A stretch of 63,949 nucleotides of DNA, filler included, from Octopus bimaculoides (lineage: Eukaryota): assembly GCF_001194135.2 (NCBI RefSeq). It is 9 parts of 9 records of this genome, joined end to end, with 100 filler letters (N's around TTAATTAATTAA, not from the genome) between each part and the next. Parts side by side here need not be neighbours in the genome. Positions count along the whole stretch, not along the records: positions 44,127 to 52,036 come from NC_068988.1; positions 52,137 to 54,757 come from NC_068985.1; positions 54,858 to 57,016 come from NC_068994.1; positions 57,117 to 62,803 come from NW_026374175.1; positions 62,904 to 63,949 come from NW_026329440.1; 4 more parts are not named here. One strand, written 5' to 3'. The notes beneath the pieces are model-generated. The model was not told the origin of the DNA, did not search any database, and saw only the letters and a list, made by a program, of their open reading frames with translations. A program made the position numbers and the translations under genes. Each line of letters starts with the position of its first letter. The stretch's first letter is position 1. Shown here in pieces: positions 51,694-63,949 of the stretch.

Positions 51694-52137
51694 GAAAAAC
51701 ACTGTTTGCTCTGCGATTACTTCGTTACCTGACACTTGGTACACAGTTCACCTGTTCAGACAACGTCGATTTGATGGAAGGAGTAGCTAATGTACAGCAT
51801 ATACATTTGATCACTATAAACAAATCATTTGTCCAGATCGTTCACCAGAACCTGGACGCCTAGAACGTCGTCTTCGACGGGAGAATTCAGTATGCATGTA
51901 TGTATGTATGTATGTATGTATATATGTATGTATGTATGTATGTATGCATGTATGTATGTATATCAGTAATAACAAATAGGGTGAGGTTCGCTACAGCCAA
52001 CATTTTCAGACATGTTTTAATAGATCGTGGAAGTAANNNNNNNNNNNNNNNNNNNNNNNNNNNNNNNNNNNNNNNNNNNNTTAATTAATTAANNNNNNNN
52101 NNNNNNNNNNNNNNNNNNNNNNNNNNNNNNNNNNNNT

Positions 52138-52270
52138 CCCCGAGAACTACGTTAAGGGTACACGTGTCTGTGGAGTGCTCAGCCACTTGCACGTTAATCT
52201 CATGAGCAGGCTGTTCCGTCGATCGGATCAACTGGAACCCTCGACGTCGTAAGCGACGGAGTGCCAACAA
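52138..52270 (-). mobile_element. Dispersed repeat family D
   Basis: Matches 44127-44352. Confidence 0.85.
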
Positions 52271-52274
52271 CATT

Positions 52275-52845
52275 TGATTGGTACTTTATTTCATTGCACC
52301 CAGATGAAGAAAAAGCAAAGTAAACCTCGCCGGTGTTTGATCTCGGAATGTAAACAGACGGAAAAGATGCTGCAAGGCATTTTTCCCCTGCTCTAACAGT
52401 TCTGCCAGCCTGCTGCTCATAAACAAAATAGCTCTTTCTAAAATTGGCACAAGGCCATCGATTTTGAAGGTGCGGGTAAGATGATTATATCGTCTCCAGA
52501 GTGCTCAACTGGCACTTATTTTATCAATCCTGAAAGGATGAAAGGCAATGCTGATTTCGGCGACTTATGAAAAACCGGAAGAAATATCACTAAGCATTTA
52601 CCTCGACGTGCTCGCGATTCTATCAGCTCGCTGTCGTGTATTATTCCTACTATAGGGACAACGCTTGAAATTTGTGCAGCAGTGGAAGACTAGTCGATTG
52701 TATCGATCTCAGTGTTTAACTGGTACTAATTTATCAACCCCGAAAAGATGAAAGGCGGAATTTGAACTCAGAACGTAAAGAAGGGTGAAATACCTCTAAG
52801 CATTTTGCTCGGTGTGCTAACGATTCTGCCAGGTCGCCGCCTTAA
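52275..52845 (-). mobile_element. Three tandem SINE family B copies
   Basis: The atgaaaggc...gaa...aagcattt...ctaacgattctgccag pattern recurs at ~52275, ~52430 and ~52645. Confidence 0.8.
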
Positions 52846-52852
52846 TAATAAT

Positions 52853-52888
<36 letters not shown>

Positions 52889-52924
52889 AATAATCCTTTC
52901 TACTCTTGGCACAAAGCCTAATCT

Positions 52925-53560
52925 CAAAGGCACAGTGGAGTATTTTCTCGCTTCTTCTTCACTCACGAAGCGTACCTCCACTGTGCCGTATTTCCTTCCA
53001 CTGGTGTAATACGTCCTTACATTCTTAATTTCTCTCAGGCACTCCTCGACCGTCTCCACCGCTGATATTTCCACCTTTTTCGTTGCAATATTCAATGAAT
53101 GTTCTGTATACAATTGTTTTCCCCTCCGCTTTTTCTGTCACTTCCTTGGGAGGCGTCAACCTCAGGCTATCTCCCTCCTTTCTCAATAAATCATTATATT
53201 TCTTGAAGTTTTTATCCTGCAATTTAATTTCTCTAGCTTGCAGTACCTCTGCTGACAGGCTTTTGCCAGTCGCCGCAGCATAACTTCCCGCCTGCACTGG
53301 TGTACCTTCCATCACAAAATTGTTCACAACTTCACCCATAAATGGGGAAGAAAATTTTAAAAAACAGGTAACAACAAGTTCAACAATTTCAGGTAACAAC
53401 AATCCAACAATTCAGTAAATAACAGTTTAACAATAACAGTACTCGCATGGAGCATATACACTTCAAATTCGACTGACTCAAATACAACACTAACGACAAC
53501 ACTAACGTCCTCCCAATGATTGGCCAGAGATGATTTTTTTTTAAATGGGAATATCTGAAA
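52925..53560 (-). mobile_element. 5' end of a Tx1/L1-like LINE (5'UTR and start of ORF1)
   Basis: GSYAAAT...KNFKKYNDLLRKEG then, after a frameshift, RKYGTVEVRFVSEEEARKY. SYAAA plus an RRM-like EVRF.SEEEA segment is typical of these ORF1 proteins. Confidence 0.6.
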
Positions 53561-53928
53561 TAAACTCGNNNNNNNNNNNNNNNNNNNNNNNNNNNNNNNN
53601 NNNNNNNNNNNNNNNNNNNNNNNNNNNNNNNNNNNNNNNNNNNNNNNNNNNNNNNNNNNNNNNNNNNNNNNNNNNNNNNNNNNNNNNNNNNNNNNNNNNN
53701 NNNNNNNNNNNNNNNNNNNNNNNNNNNNNNNNNNNNNNNNNNNNNNNNNNNNNNNNNNNNNNNNNNNNNNNNNNNNNNNNNNNNNNNNNNNNNNNNNNNN
53801 NNNNNNNNNNNNNNNNNNNNNNNNNNNNNNNNNNNNNNNNNNNNNNNNNNNNNNNNNNNNNNNNNNNNNNNNNNNNNNNNNNNNNNNNNNNNNNNNNNNN
53901 NNNNNNNNNNNNNNNNNNNNNNNNNNNN

Positions 53929-54560
53929 AGGAGGAGGGGGAGGAGGAGGAGGAGGGGAGAGGAAGAGGAGAAGAAGAAGAAGAAGAAGAAGAAGAAGAAG
54001 AAGAAGAAGACGACGAAGAAGAAGAAGAAGAAGAAGAAGAAGAAGAAGAAGAAGAAGAAGAAGAAGAAGAAGAAGAAGAAGAAGAATTTTAGCTTGTCAT
54101 TACAGCATGAAAATGATTGAAGATAATCGGAAAATTACGATGGTGGGAGGAAGATAAAATGGAAGAGAATGTTTCTTATCCAAACGTACACACCACACTT
54201 CACACTCCAAACCACACTACACACTCTCTACAGACACACACACACACAGATCTATACACACATATACGCAAAACATAAAATGAGCAAAAATGAAGTTAAG
54301 TGCAATTAAAGCGAGTTTTTACACCTGGGTCTAATTGACAATAAAGAATGAGTCAGGAGATGTCTAAAAGAAAGATGATGTGAAGTGATTTGTGAGTTGT
54401 GATTCCAGAAAACTCAGATCTTCTTTAATATTTTAGCTCTCTTCGGATTCCTTGTGGTTGTAAAAACTGAACATAAATTATTTTCCTGAAGAAGAAGAAG
54501 AAGAAGAAGAAGAAGAAGAAGAAGAAGAAGAAGAAGAAGAAGAAGAAGAAGAAGAAGAAG
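53929..54560. repeat. Two (AAG)n/(GGA)n microsatellites (53929-54085, 54487-54600)
   Basis: Direct reading; source of the poly-K/F/L ORFs. Confidence 0.95.
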
Positions 54561-54966
54561 AAGAAGAAGAATGAGGAGGAGGAGTGGGAGGAGGACGAAG
54601 GAGAGAGAGACAAGGAAAGACGGGGTAGATCCGTAAGAGGGCTCAAAGGAGAATGTAAGAATATTTAACATGCTGACAAGGAATTACGTGTACACACGCA
54701 CATACATACATACACACATACATACATACATACATACATACATACTTACATATATATNNNNNNNNNNNNNNNNNNNNNNNNNNNNNNNNNNNNNNNNNNN
54801 NTTAATTAATTAANNNNNNNNNNNNNNNNNNNNNNNNNNNNNNNNNNNNNNNNNNNNTTAAAACATACAGAAACCTTTAGATTCACTTCAACATTCAAAT
54901 TTAATTTGTGTCAAAATATTTTCGTCGCTTTGAGACCGCGACTTGTTCACTGACAAAATTCCGTGC

Positions 54967-55004
<38 letters not shown>

Positions 55005-55006
<2 letters not shown>

Positions 55007-55125
55007 CCGAAAGGATGAAAGGTAAAGTCGACCTCGGTGGAATTTGAACGCAGAACGTAAAGATAGACGACATACAGCTAAGCATTTCGTCCGGCGTACT
55101 AACTTTTCTGCCAGCTCACCGCCTT
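55005..55125 (-). mobile_element. SINE family B fragment
   Basis: cccgaaaggatgaaaggtaaagtcgacctcgg...ccagctcaccgcctt. Confidence 0.85.
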
Positions 55126-56731
55126 TGACTCTTATTTCTAATCCGAAATACTTCGTCCATGATGTTATTCCCGTTTTCTCTTATTCACTACCAGTAACTC
55201 CCATTTCTATCAATAACTCCATAATAAATCCCAACTGATCCAAAATAATTTGTATACTTATTCTTTATTGTATGCAGATACAAATAATAAGAAATATATT
55301 TTCTGTGCGGAAATTGGGAAAAAACAAAAAATATATGTTAAGAGGTTAAATCAGATTCTTACGTCTTATGAAGAAACACCGCATTGAAAAATGTGATCCT
55401 GGATAAACAATAAATGATATGAATATATGCAATGATCATAGCATCAAACATGACCTTTAATTAGAGATCTTGTTCGTTAAACATGACCCAGGACGAAGCT
55501 ATAGTGAAACTGTCTGTACCGCATCATATCCATATTGCACAACACTTGCTCTATTTGATACATGATCGAATTAAATATTTATCTGATCGATTTTCCTTAC
55601 TGATTTCCTGTTTTACCAGTTCCTAATGCTCCTGAAAGATTTTAGTGTTATTTATTTATTTATTTATTTATATAGGCATTTATTTATTTTTATTTGTTGA
55701 ATGAATATTTTACTTCGTCATGTTTTCTAAGATAAGGGTTAACAAAAATGGAAAAGAAAAAGAAATCCTTTTTACTGCATTAACGAAACTGGAACCGAGC
55801 CAAATAAGTGCCTGCTATGTAATTATGGAGTTGAATAATGAAATACTCGAGAGGCCAAAAGAAGCGAGAGTAAATCTCTTACAGAAATATTCTTGAAAAA
55901 ACAGATTTGATTAAGTATAATACTCGTCAAGTGTTCAATTCAAGTGTGTTGCCACGAGGAAGATAATAAAGTAATTGGCAGCAGCGAAGACATGAAGTTT
56001 CATCTTATTATACGTTGGAACACGCTGCCTAAGTAGGAGAGTAATAATAAATATAAGTGATATTAGGGATGGTTATAATAATAACGATATTTATTTATTT
56101 ATTGTGAGGCGGTGGAGCAAGTTTAGTTGATTGAATTGACCTCGATATATTACTTTGTAATTATTTTATCAATTCCAAGTACGTTGTTGATTCCAAGGCA
56201 GCTTTGAAGTCAAAATCAGAGATGGAACGGAAGCTAGAAGACTCTGAATTTTGGAAGGCGTTTTATCGTTTTGCCTGTCTTCTTATCTATCTCGCCATCG
56301 AATGCGTTTGCGGCGTTGAATTATAACTGGCACAGAGGTACCAAATGCACATCCGCCAACCGATGATAATAAATTCCATTGAATTAGCGCCCTAGCAAAT
56401 CTGTAGCTACTTTTATAGCAACTACAGCAAACTTTGACTCTGCTTAACTTAAATACGGAAAAATAAAATATTAAAAGAAACACGGAGATATTGGAGGGAT
56501 TGGAACGCTGTACAAATTCTTTAGTCTTCGACATTTATAACTTGTGAGTTTCCTGGAAATTCCATTTTGGGAATATTCTTCGCTGGCACTTTATTTTATC
56601 GACCCCAAAAGAATGACCTGCGAAGTTAACCTCAAAGTGATTTGAACTCTGCAATCAGTCGTTAGAAAACACCATCAGGTATTACAGTTCTATATTTAAG
56701 AGATGAGGAATTATGTACATTATTTACATTC

Positions 56732-56997
56732 GACGGATATTTGTCCTCATCTTGGTTGTTGTTAACACAACGTTTCGGTTGATATACCCTCCAGCCTTCA
56801 TCAGGTGTCTTGGGGAAATTTCGAACCTTAGGAATGAGAACCCAGGTTCGAAATTTCCCCAGGTTCGAAATTTCCCCAGGTTCGAAATTTCCTCAGGTTT
56901 GAAATTTCCCCAGGTTCGATATTTTCCTCAGGTTCGAAATTTCCCCAGGTTCGAAACGTTGTGTTAACAACAAACAAGATGAGGACAAATATCCGTC
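56732..56997. repeat. Palindromic rearranged repeat: 46-bp inverted arms enclosing a 17-bp tandem array
   Basis: Arms 56732-56777 and 56952-56997 (1 mismatch); six copies plus a partial copy of aggttcgaaatttcccc from 56844. Confidence 0.92.
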
Positions 56998-57180
56998 AAA
57001 TCTAAAGAATGTTAATNNNNNNNNNNNNNNNNNNNNNNNNNNNNNNNNNNNNNNNNNNNNTTAATTAATTAANNNNNNNNNNNNNNNNNNNNNNNNNNNN
57101 NNNNNNNNNNNNNNNNATATATATATATATATACAAACACACGCATATATGTATATATGCATATATATATAAATGTATGC

Positions 57181-57242
<62 letters not shown>

Positions 57243-58974
57243 GTATTTATAAGTATATCTACATATATATATAGTTATATACGATGTATGTATGTGTTGA
57301 ATGTATGTATGTATATGCGTATGTGTGTATGTATGAAGCCAGGGCCTATCAATATGTATGAAGACAAAATTGTAGAGTTGGCGTGTTTGATAGAAAAACG
57401 CGAGACAAAATTTCAATAATACTTGTTCACTGAACTGTGATAAAGGAATGTCCATGGAATGATGTCTGCACGTAGACATACGCAAACACATACACATTCT
57501 GGTAGTGTATGTGTGAGTGTGTATATGTGTGTCTCTGTCCCTGTGTGTGTGTGTATTTAAGTGTGTGTTTACATTGTGTCTTTCTAGAACGCGTTCGCTT
57601 GTTTCATTCATTGGACTGCGGCCACATGCACACACGCGTATTGTATCTATATGCATGTACATGCATATATACCGTACGTGTGTGTATGCATGTATATATA
57701 TATGCATGTATGTATATATATATATATATAGATATATATAAATATATATATATNNNNNNNNNNNNNNNNNNNNNNNNNNNNNNNNNNNNNNNNNNNNNNN
57801 NNNNNNNNNNNNNNNNNNNNNNNNNNNNNNNNNNNNNNNNNNNNNNNNNNNNNNNNNNNNNNNNNNNNNNNNNNNNNNNNNNNNNNNNNNNNNNNNNNNN
57901 NNNNNNNNNNNNNNNNNNNNNNNNNNNNNNNNNNNNNNNNNNNNNNNNNNNNNNNNNNNNNNNNNNNNNNNNNNNNNNNNNNNNNNNNNNNNNNNNNNNN
58001 NNNNNNNNNNNNNNNNNNNNNNNNNNNNNNNNNNNNNNNNNNNNNNNNNNNNNNNNNNNNNNNNNNNNNNNNNNNNNNNNNNNNNNNNNNNNNNNNNNNN
58101 NNNNNNNNNNNNNNNNNNNNNNNNNNNNNNNNNNNNNNNNNNNNNNNNNNNNNNNNNNNNNNNNNNNNNNNNNNNNNNNNNNNNNNNNNNNNNNNNNNNN
58201 NNNNNNNNNNNNNNNNNNNNNNNNNNNNNNNNNNNNNNNNNNNNNNNNNNNNNNNNNNNNNNNNNNNNNNNNNNNNNNNNNNNNNNNNNNNNNNNNNNNN
58301 NNNNNNNNNNNNNNNNNNNNNNNNNNNNNNNNNNNNNNNNNNNNNNNNNNNNNNNNNNNNNNNNNNNNNNNNNNNNNNNNNNNNNNNNNNNNNNNNNNNN
58401 NNNNNNNNNNNNNNNNNNNNNNNNNNNNNNNNNNNNNNNNNNNNNNNNNNNNNNNNNNNNNNNNNNNNNNNNNNNNNNNNNNNNNNNNNNNNNNNNNNNN
58501 NNNNNNNNNNNNNNNNNNNNNNNNNNNNNNNNNNNNNNNNNNNNNNNNNNNNNNNNNNNNNNNNNNNNNNNNNNNNNNNNNNNNNNNNNNNNNNNNNNNN
58601 NNNNNNNNNNNNNNNNNNNNNNNNNNNNNNNNNNNNNNNNNNNNNNNNNNNNNNNNNNNNNNNNNNNNNNNNNNNNNTGATGTCTGCACGTAGACATACG
58701 CAAACACATACACATTCTGGTAGTGTATGTGTGAGTGTGTATATGTGTGTCTCTGTCCCTGTGTGTGTGTGTATTTAAGTGTGTGTTTACATTGTGTCTT
58801 TCTAGAACGCGTTCGCTTGTTTCATTCATTGGACTGCGGCCACATGCACACACGCGTATTGTATCTATATGCATGTACATGCATATATACCGTACGTGTG
58901 TGTATGCATGTATATATATATGCATGTATGTATATATATATATATATAGATACATACACAGATATATATTATAT

Positions 58975-59470
58975 ACGATGGGCTTCTTTAAGTTTCCTTC
59001 TACCAAATACGCTACCAAGTCTTTGGTCGGTGCGAGGCTGTAGAAAAACAGTGACTCAAGTTGAACCACAGTAAAAGTGAACCCAGAATCATGTGGTTGG
59101 TATGCAAGCTTCTTACCACAGAGCTACAATATACAAAATTATAATGTTCAATAGTATAACTACTAAGCTTACTAGGGGTCGATTTGTCCGAATAAAACCC
59201 CTTGAGGTGGTGCTCCAGCATGGCTACAGTCAACTGTCTGAAACATTAAAAGAATATATAAATATATATATAATGGATATATATGTTTACACACGTACAC
59301 GTGCTTATGTGTATTTGCATCCATGTTTGTCCCCTTCAACGCTTTCCAATCACGTGGTCTTCGATTCAGCCCTATATCACGGAACCTTGATAAAGTGCCT
59401 TCTGTTACATCCCCGAGCCACCGAGAGTCTTTTTGGTGGAGTTGGTTGACGGAAACAGAAAAATGAGAGT
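58975..59470. mobile_element. Jumbled SINE family A fragments (minus head 58975-59130, plus tail 59160-59250, degenerate body 59310-59470)
   Basis: Local matches to family A segments. Confidence 0.65.
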
Positions 59471-59534
59471 TCAACACACACACACACACACACACATATG
59501 GAAAAGGGAAGTGTATTCTTACGCAGCAAAGGAT

Positions 59535-60072
59535 ATAACAGAGTTTTTTTCTCTTTTAGGCTGTGAAAATGCAGTTGTGTCTTAAAACGTGTGGTAGTTT
59601 TTATATTTTGTAAGATTTTGGTTAAAATACTAAACCGGTTTCCACTTTCTTTGATTATCATTGGTAAATTTTAAAAAATGGCTTTGAGTAGAAGTTAAAG
59701 TTATGAGGTAAAATTCGGAAAAAAAAACTTGATTGAATGATCAAATGTTCGTACAAATTCCAATATTCAATCAATTACGACTTTTATGAAATCCATCAAA
59801 CAATCGAACTTGTGTTATTGCCTATCTTTGGGAAGGTTATTGAATATTTGAATTTATAGGAGTATTTGATCATTTAAGCATGTTTTCTGAATTTTCACTT
59901 GTAACTTTAACCTTTCATAAAACCTTTTCGATATTTTTTTCTATTTACCATTGATAAAATTAAGTTGGAGAAACCGGTTTGGTATTTTAATAATTCTCTT
60001 ACAAAATTTTAAAATGACCAAATGTTTTATTACTCGGGTGCAATTTCAATCCCCAAAACAAACTCTCCTATA
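59535..60072. mobile_element. Old foldback element with ~240-bp diverged inverted arms
   Basis: Anchors taaaatactaaaccggtttc (~59622) vs gaaaccggtttggtattttaa (~59970), and tgatcaaat...aatattcaat (~59740) vs attgaatattt...atttgatca (~59840). Confidence 0.7.
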
Positions 60073-60995
60073 CACATCCAGATACGCTTACACACACGCA
60101 TGCACACAAACACACGCTCACACATATAGCCATCTAAGAATACGTGTCAGAAAAAATATGCACTCTATACATGTCAAAAGAGTAGGTATATTAATCGAAA
60201 TTTACAGTTTGATACAGCCACCATGGTTGGTCTTACCAGTCGGTTTCGCACTGGGGCTCTCACCGGGGTGTTAGCTAACGACCTGATTATGTAAACTTGT
60301 ACTCTTCAGAGTTAGCTGCTATGAAAGAAAATATGGTGACTGCTCTGTATTTTTGTTGGCAAAAAGAGACAACCGGTTTGAGATTGTTCCGTAAAAACAC
60401 GACGAAACGAACTGAGCAGGATTGATTTAAAAGTCGTGCTCCTTGGCACCGGAATGGGCTCTGGGATGTTACAAAACTACAAGAGTTTTCTAGAAATGTG
60501 TATATCGTTAGGGGTTGGTAGTCTCTGTAGAGTCGGAACGTGTACAGTGGTACTGTATGTGTATCGTTTTCGGGGAGTAGGGATGCCTAAAGTCGCAAAA
60601 GTCCCCCTATATTCTTTATGATTCGGTTAAATACTTTTTAATTATTTTTGTAGGTATGTAGTGCGTAGGGGTGCGATGCATGTGCATGGATTTGTTAAGG
60701 GGTTTATGGAAAAAGGGTAATGACTGGCTAATTGCCCATGTTAGGGGGTATACGTCTTTATGAGTTTGTTTCTGTAGGTCTGGTCAAACTCTTTGCCAAT
60801 ATCATAAGTATTGGGGTGAGAAAAGAACCGAATGTGAGGAACTGAGTCACTTATAATCACCATGAGGCACGCAGGTTTGATAAAATATACTTCCTCTCAT
60901 GAGGGCTGGGACTAAAAATCTCGCAGTTTCAGTTTTTGACGCTGAAACTCCAGCACTAAACCGATTGTTAAGATCGGCCGTAATATACATACATA

Positions 60996-61153
60996 CAGTG
61001 GCTGTATGGTAAGTAGCTTGCTTACCAACCACATGGTTCCGGGTTCATTCCCACTGTGTGGCACCTTGGGCAAGTGTCTTCTATTATAGCCTCGGGCCGA
61101 CCAAACCCTTGTGAGTGGATTTGGTAGACGGAAACTGAAAGAAGCATGTCGTA

Positions 61154-61186
<33 letters not shown>

Positions 61187-61316
61187 GTTTGTGTGTCTGT
61201 GGTTGTACCCCCAACATCGCTTGACAACCGATGGTGGTGTGTTTACGTCCCCGTAACTTAGCGGTTCGGCAAAAAGAGACCGATAGAATAAGTACTAGGC
61301 ATCCAAAGAATAAGTC
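60996..61316 (+). mobile_element. SINE family A, truncated by gap
   Basis: Head, body and internal (TA)n. Confidence 0.9.
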
Positions 61317-61849
61317 NNNNNNNNNNNNNNNNNNNNNNNNNNNNNNNNNNNNNNNNNNNNNNNNNNNNNNNNNNNNNNNNNNNNNNNNNNNNNNNNNNNN
61401 NNNNNNNNNNNNNNNNNNNNNNNNNNNNNNNNNNNNNNNNNNNNNNNNNNNNNNNNNNNNNNNNNNNNNNNNNNNNNNNNNNNNNNNNNNNNNNNNNNNN
61501 NNNNNNNNNNNNNNNNNNNNNNNNNNNNNNNNNNNNNNNNNNNNNNNNNNNNNNNTGTTTAAAAGAGTTCCAACACTGTCTGTTTTTTATGTTTTATTTA
61601 TATTCTTGTAAAATTGATGTGGGATATAGAATATGGAATATATAATATATAATATAAAAATGGATGGTTCAATGAAATAAAGTATTGAATGTCTTATTGA
61701 ATATATGGAATATGTCTTATTGAATAGATGAAATATTGAGTGTTCAATATAAAGGATTAAATATATAAAGGCGAATACGTATTTTCTATACCTTGTGGTA
61801 TTTCATCATGGCCGGTATGACAGACTTTAACAGACTGTATATATATATG

Positions 61850-62150
61850 AGGAGGAGATTAGATTACGATGATAAAGCTGCCGCTACTGCTGCTGATTAT
61901 GATGAAGGCGACACCGCTGCGACTACCTCCGCTGAAGATGACGCCTCAGACGTCGCCTCTGACGTCGCCGACGGCGCCACCGCCACCGCCGCTGCCGTCG
62001 CCGCCGGCACCAACGAGTACAGTGATGATGACCATAATGATGATGATGGTGATGATGATGATGATGGGAGGGGATGTAGGTGTCGTAGTTGCTGCAAGCG
62101 AGTTACTTCTGACCCTCTACGAAGAGCCTCGAGCAATTACAACAGAATGA
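61850..62150. repeat. GC-rich GCC/GAT triplet low-complexity island with long open frames
   Basis: A 147-aa Ala/Asp-rich plus frame and a 93-aa Pro/Met-rich plus frame; coding status unsupported. Confidence 0.6.
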
Positions 62151-62882
62151 ACGATCTCTGGAAAACACAAAAAAATGTTTGTAGATATTTTAAATTCATC
62201 TCTGAAAACAATTCATTCGGTTATGAATTAATATGAAACTCTTTAACTATTCATAAATGGGCAGAACACTTCATATATAAACGAACAGTGAATATAATAG
62301 CTTTTGTGCATTGTTAAATGTCTGAATGGCGAATTTAGAAGGTATTTTTTTTAAATATATCTAACTCTTACCAAATGTGTTGTGCGCCATTTTCTTTTGT
62401 GCCTCCACCCACTCATACAGACACACACACACACATATTTATATACGAACACACATACATACATATATAAGTATACTCCGTATGAATATGAATATATACA
62501 TACATACATACATACATACCTGCATACATACATATATATATATATATGTTTATATATGTGTGAATATGTATTCTTATACGCGTCTATGTGTATACACGTA
62601 TAGCATAACATTATCACACATATACGCATATTTATTTATAGACGAAATATAATACAAGGCATACATATATTTTATTTTTATTTATATGTGTTTCTATATA
62701 TTCACATACGTATACGTATTTGCATAAATAATGTATGTATATGCAAAAAAATTATACAATTTTCCTCTGTGTGTGTGTGTAAATATATATATAAGATCGG
62801 AAGNNNNNNNNNNNNNNNNNNNNNNNNNNNNNNNNNNNNNNNNNNNNTTAATTAATTAANNNNNNNNNNNNNNNNNNNNNNN

Positions 62883-62903
62883 NNNNNNNNNNNNNNNNNN
62901 NNN

Positions 62904-62951
<48 letters not shown>

Positions 62952-62992
62952 CATCCACCCACCTATCTATCCACCTATCTATCTTTCTCTTT

Positions 62993-63059
<67 letters not shown>

Positions 63060-63776
63060 CCTCCATTTCTAACTCCTTAATCCACTGATACAACAGACCC
63101 ACACACACACACATTCACACGCACGCTCTCTTAAGAATGCGACCTCACATGCCCTATTAGCAACACACGCAAACATCCACACACATGACTACACACACAC
63201 ACACATTAACAACACATACACACATACACACACTCTGCACGTAACGTAATTAATTACGCATGGTTAAGCTGACTCACACACACACACACACACATACTAA
63301 AACGTACAAACATACACACACATACATATTCATGCACCTCAACATGCATACACAAACATATATATATATACATTGTTGAACATATACATTAATTTTCCCG
63401 TTACTAAATATGAATGCAGTCTACTAGACACATACACACACACACACACATACATACATCATGCACACATATATACACACGCATAGGTTGTTACTCACAC
63501 ATATACATACATACACGCATTACTGAACTCACATAATCACACACGCACACACATTAATAAACATACATGCATACACAGATTGCAAAGACATGCACAAACA
63601 CACACACACACACACACAATATCAAATACACACACACAATATCAAATACACACACACACACACATGATCACACATGGATTGCAAAGCACACACACGCGCA
63701 CAGAAATTCCAAAGTACACACACACACACACACATTAATAAGCACACATGCACACACGCACACATTCAGATTGCAG

Positions 63777-63812
<36 letters not shown>

Positions 63813-63949
63813 ACTAAATACACACACATAAGCACACACCCATAAACACACACATTGCAAAGCACACATGCACACATACACACTGCTGAAATCATACACA
63901 CACATTACTAAACTACACACACACATTCTACTAAACACACACAGACACA
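62883..63949. repeat. TATC, TC and degenerate CA microsatellite region
   Basis: Direct reading. Confidence 0.9.

Noticed and set aside
55820-56040. Possible RTE ORF relic (TRQVFNSSVLP)
   Set aside because: One short motif amid stops; too decayed to call.
56844-56960. 17-bp tandem array as CRISPR
   Set aside because: No spacers, eukaryotic context, no cas genes.
57460-58950. ~275-bp duplication on both sides of a gap
   Set aside because: Essentially identical and gap-flanking; most likely assembly overlap or allelic haplotypes.
60893-60960. Hammerhead-like ctcatga...gaaac
   Set aside because: Core G is substituted and no coherent stems I and III form.
12589-62859. TTAATTAATTAA islands flanked by Ns at 12589, 19147, 36461, 44071, 52081, 54802, 57061 and 62848
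   Set aside because: Identical palindromic 12-mer with stops in all six frames, always centred in gaps: an assembly linker, not biology.

Overview
A eukaryotic, AT-rich, heavily gapped draft-assembly window. It is dominated by microsatellites, several tRNA-derived SINE families and decayed transposons. The repeat landscape looks cephalopod, most likely Octopus; that is inferred from repeat-family recognition, not from a search. Recognisable element remnants: a Tc1 element with both TIRs and TA duplication, maT/mariner fragments, a hAT-type MITE with an 8-bp TSD, a Helitron Pif1 helicase fragment with two CTAG-hairpin 3' ends, and Tx1/L1, RTE and R4/Dong-type LINE pieces. No complete host gene can be read and no gene symbol can be assigned. 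There are two CpG-rich promoter-like islands with candidate first coding exons (12866, 30288), a few well-bounded small exon candidates, and a 15-nt minus-strand microexon candidate with three stacked donors. The most unusual signals are a minimal type I hammerhead-ribozyme fold at 5651-5709, a template-switch palindrome enclosing a 17-bp array at 56732-56997, AG|GT recursive-splice-like sites, and several long foldbacks. Almost all long ORFs in the supplied track are artefacts of N-gaps and microsatellites. No CRISPR array, rRNA or bona fide tRNA gene was found. I cannot confirm a novel biological system; the findings below are testable candidates.
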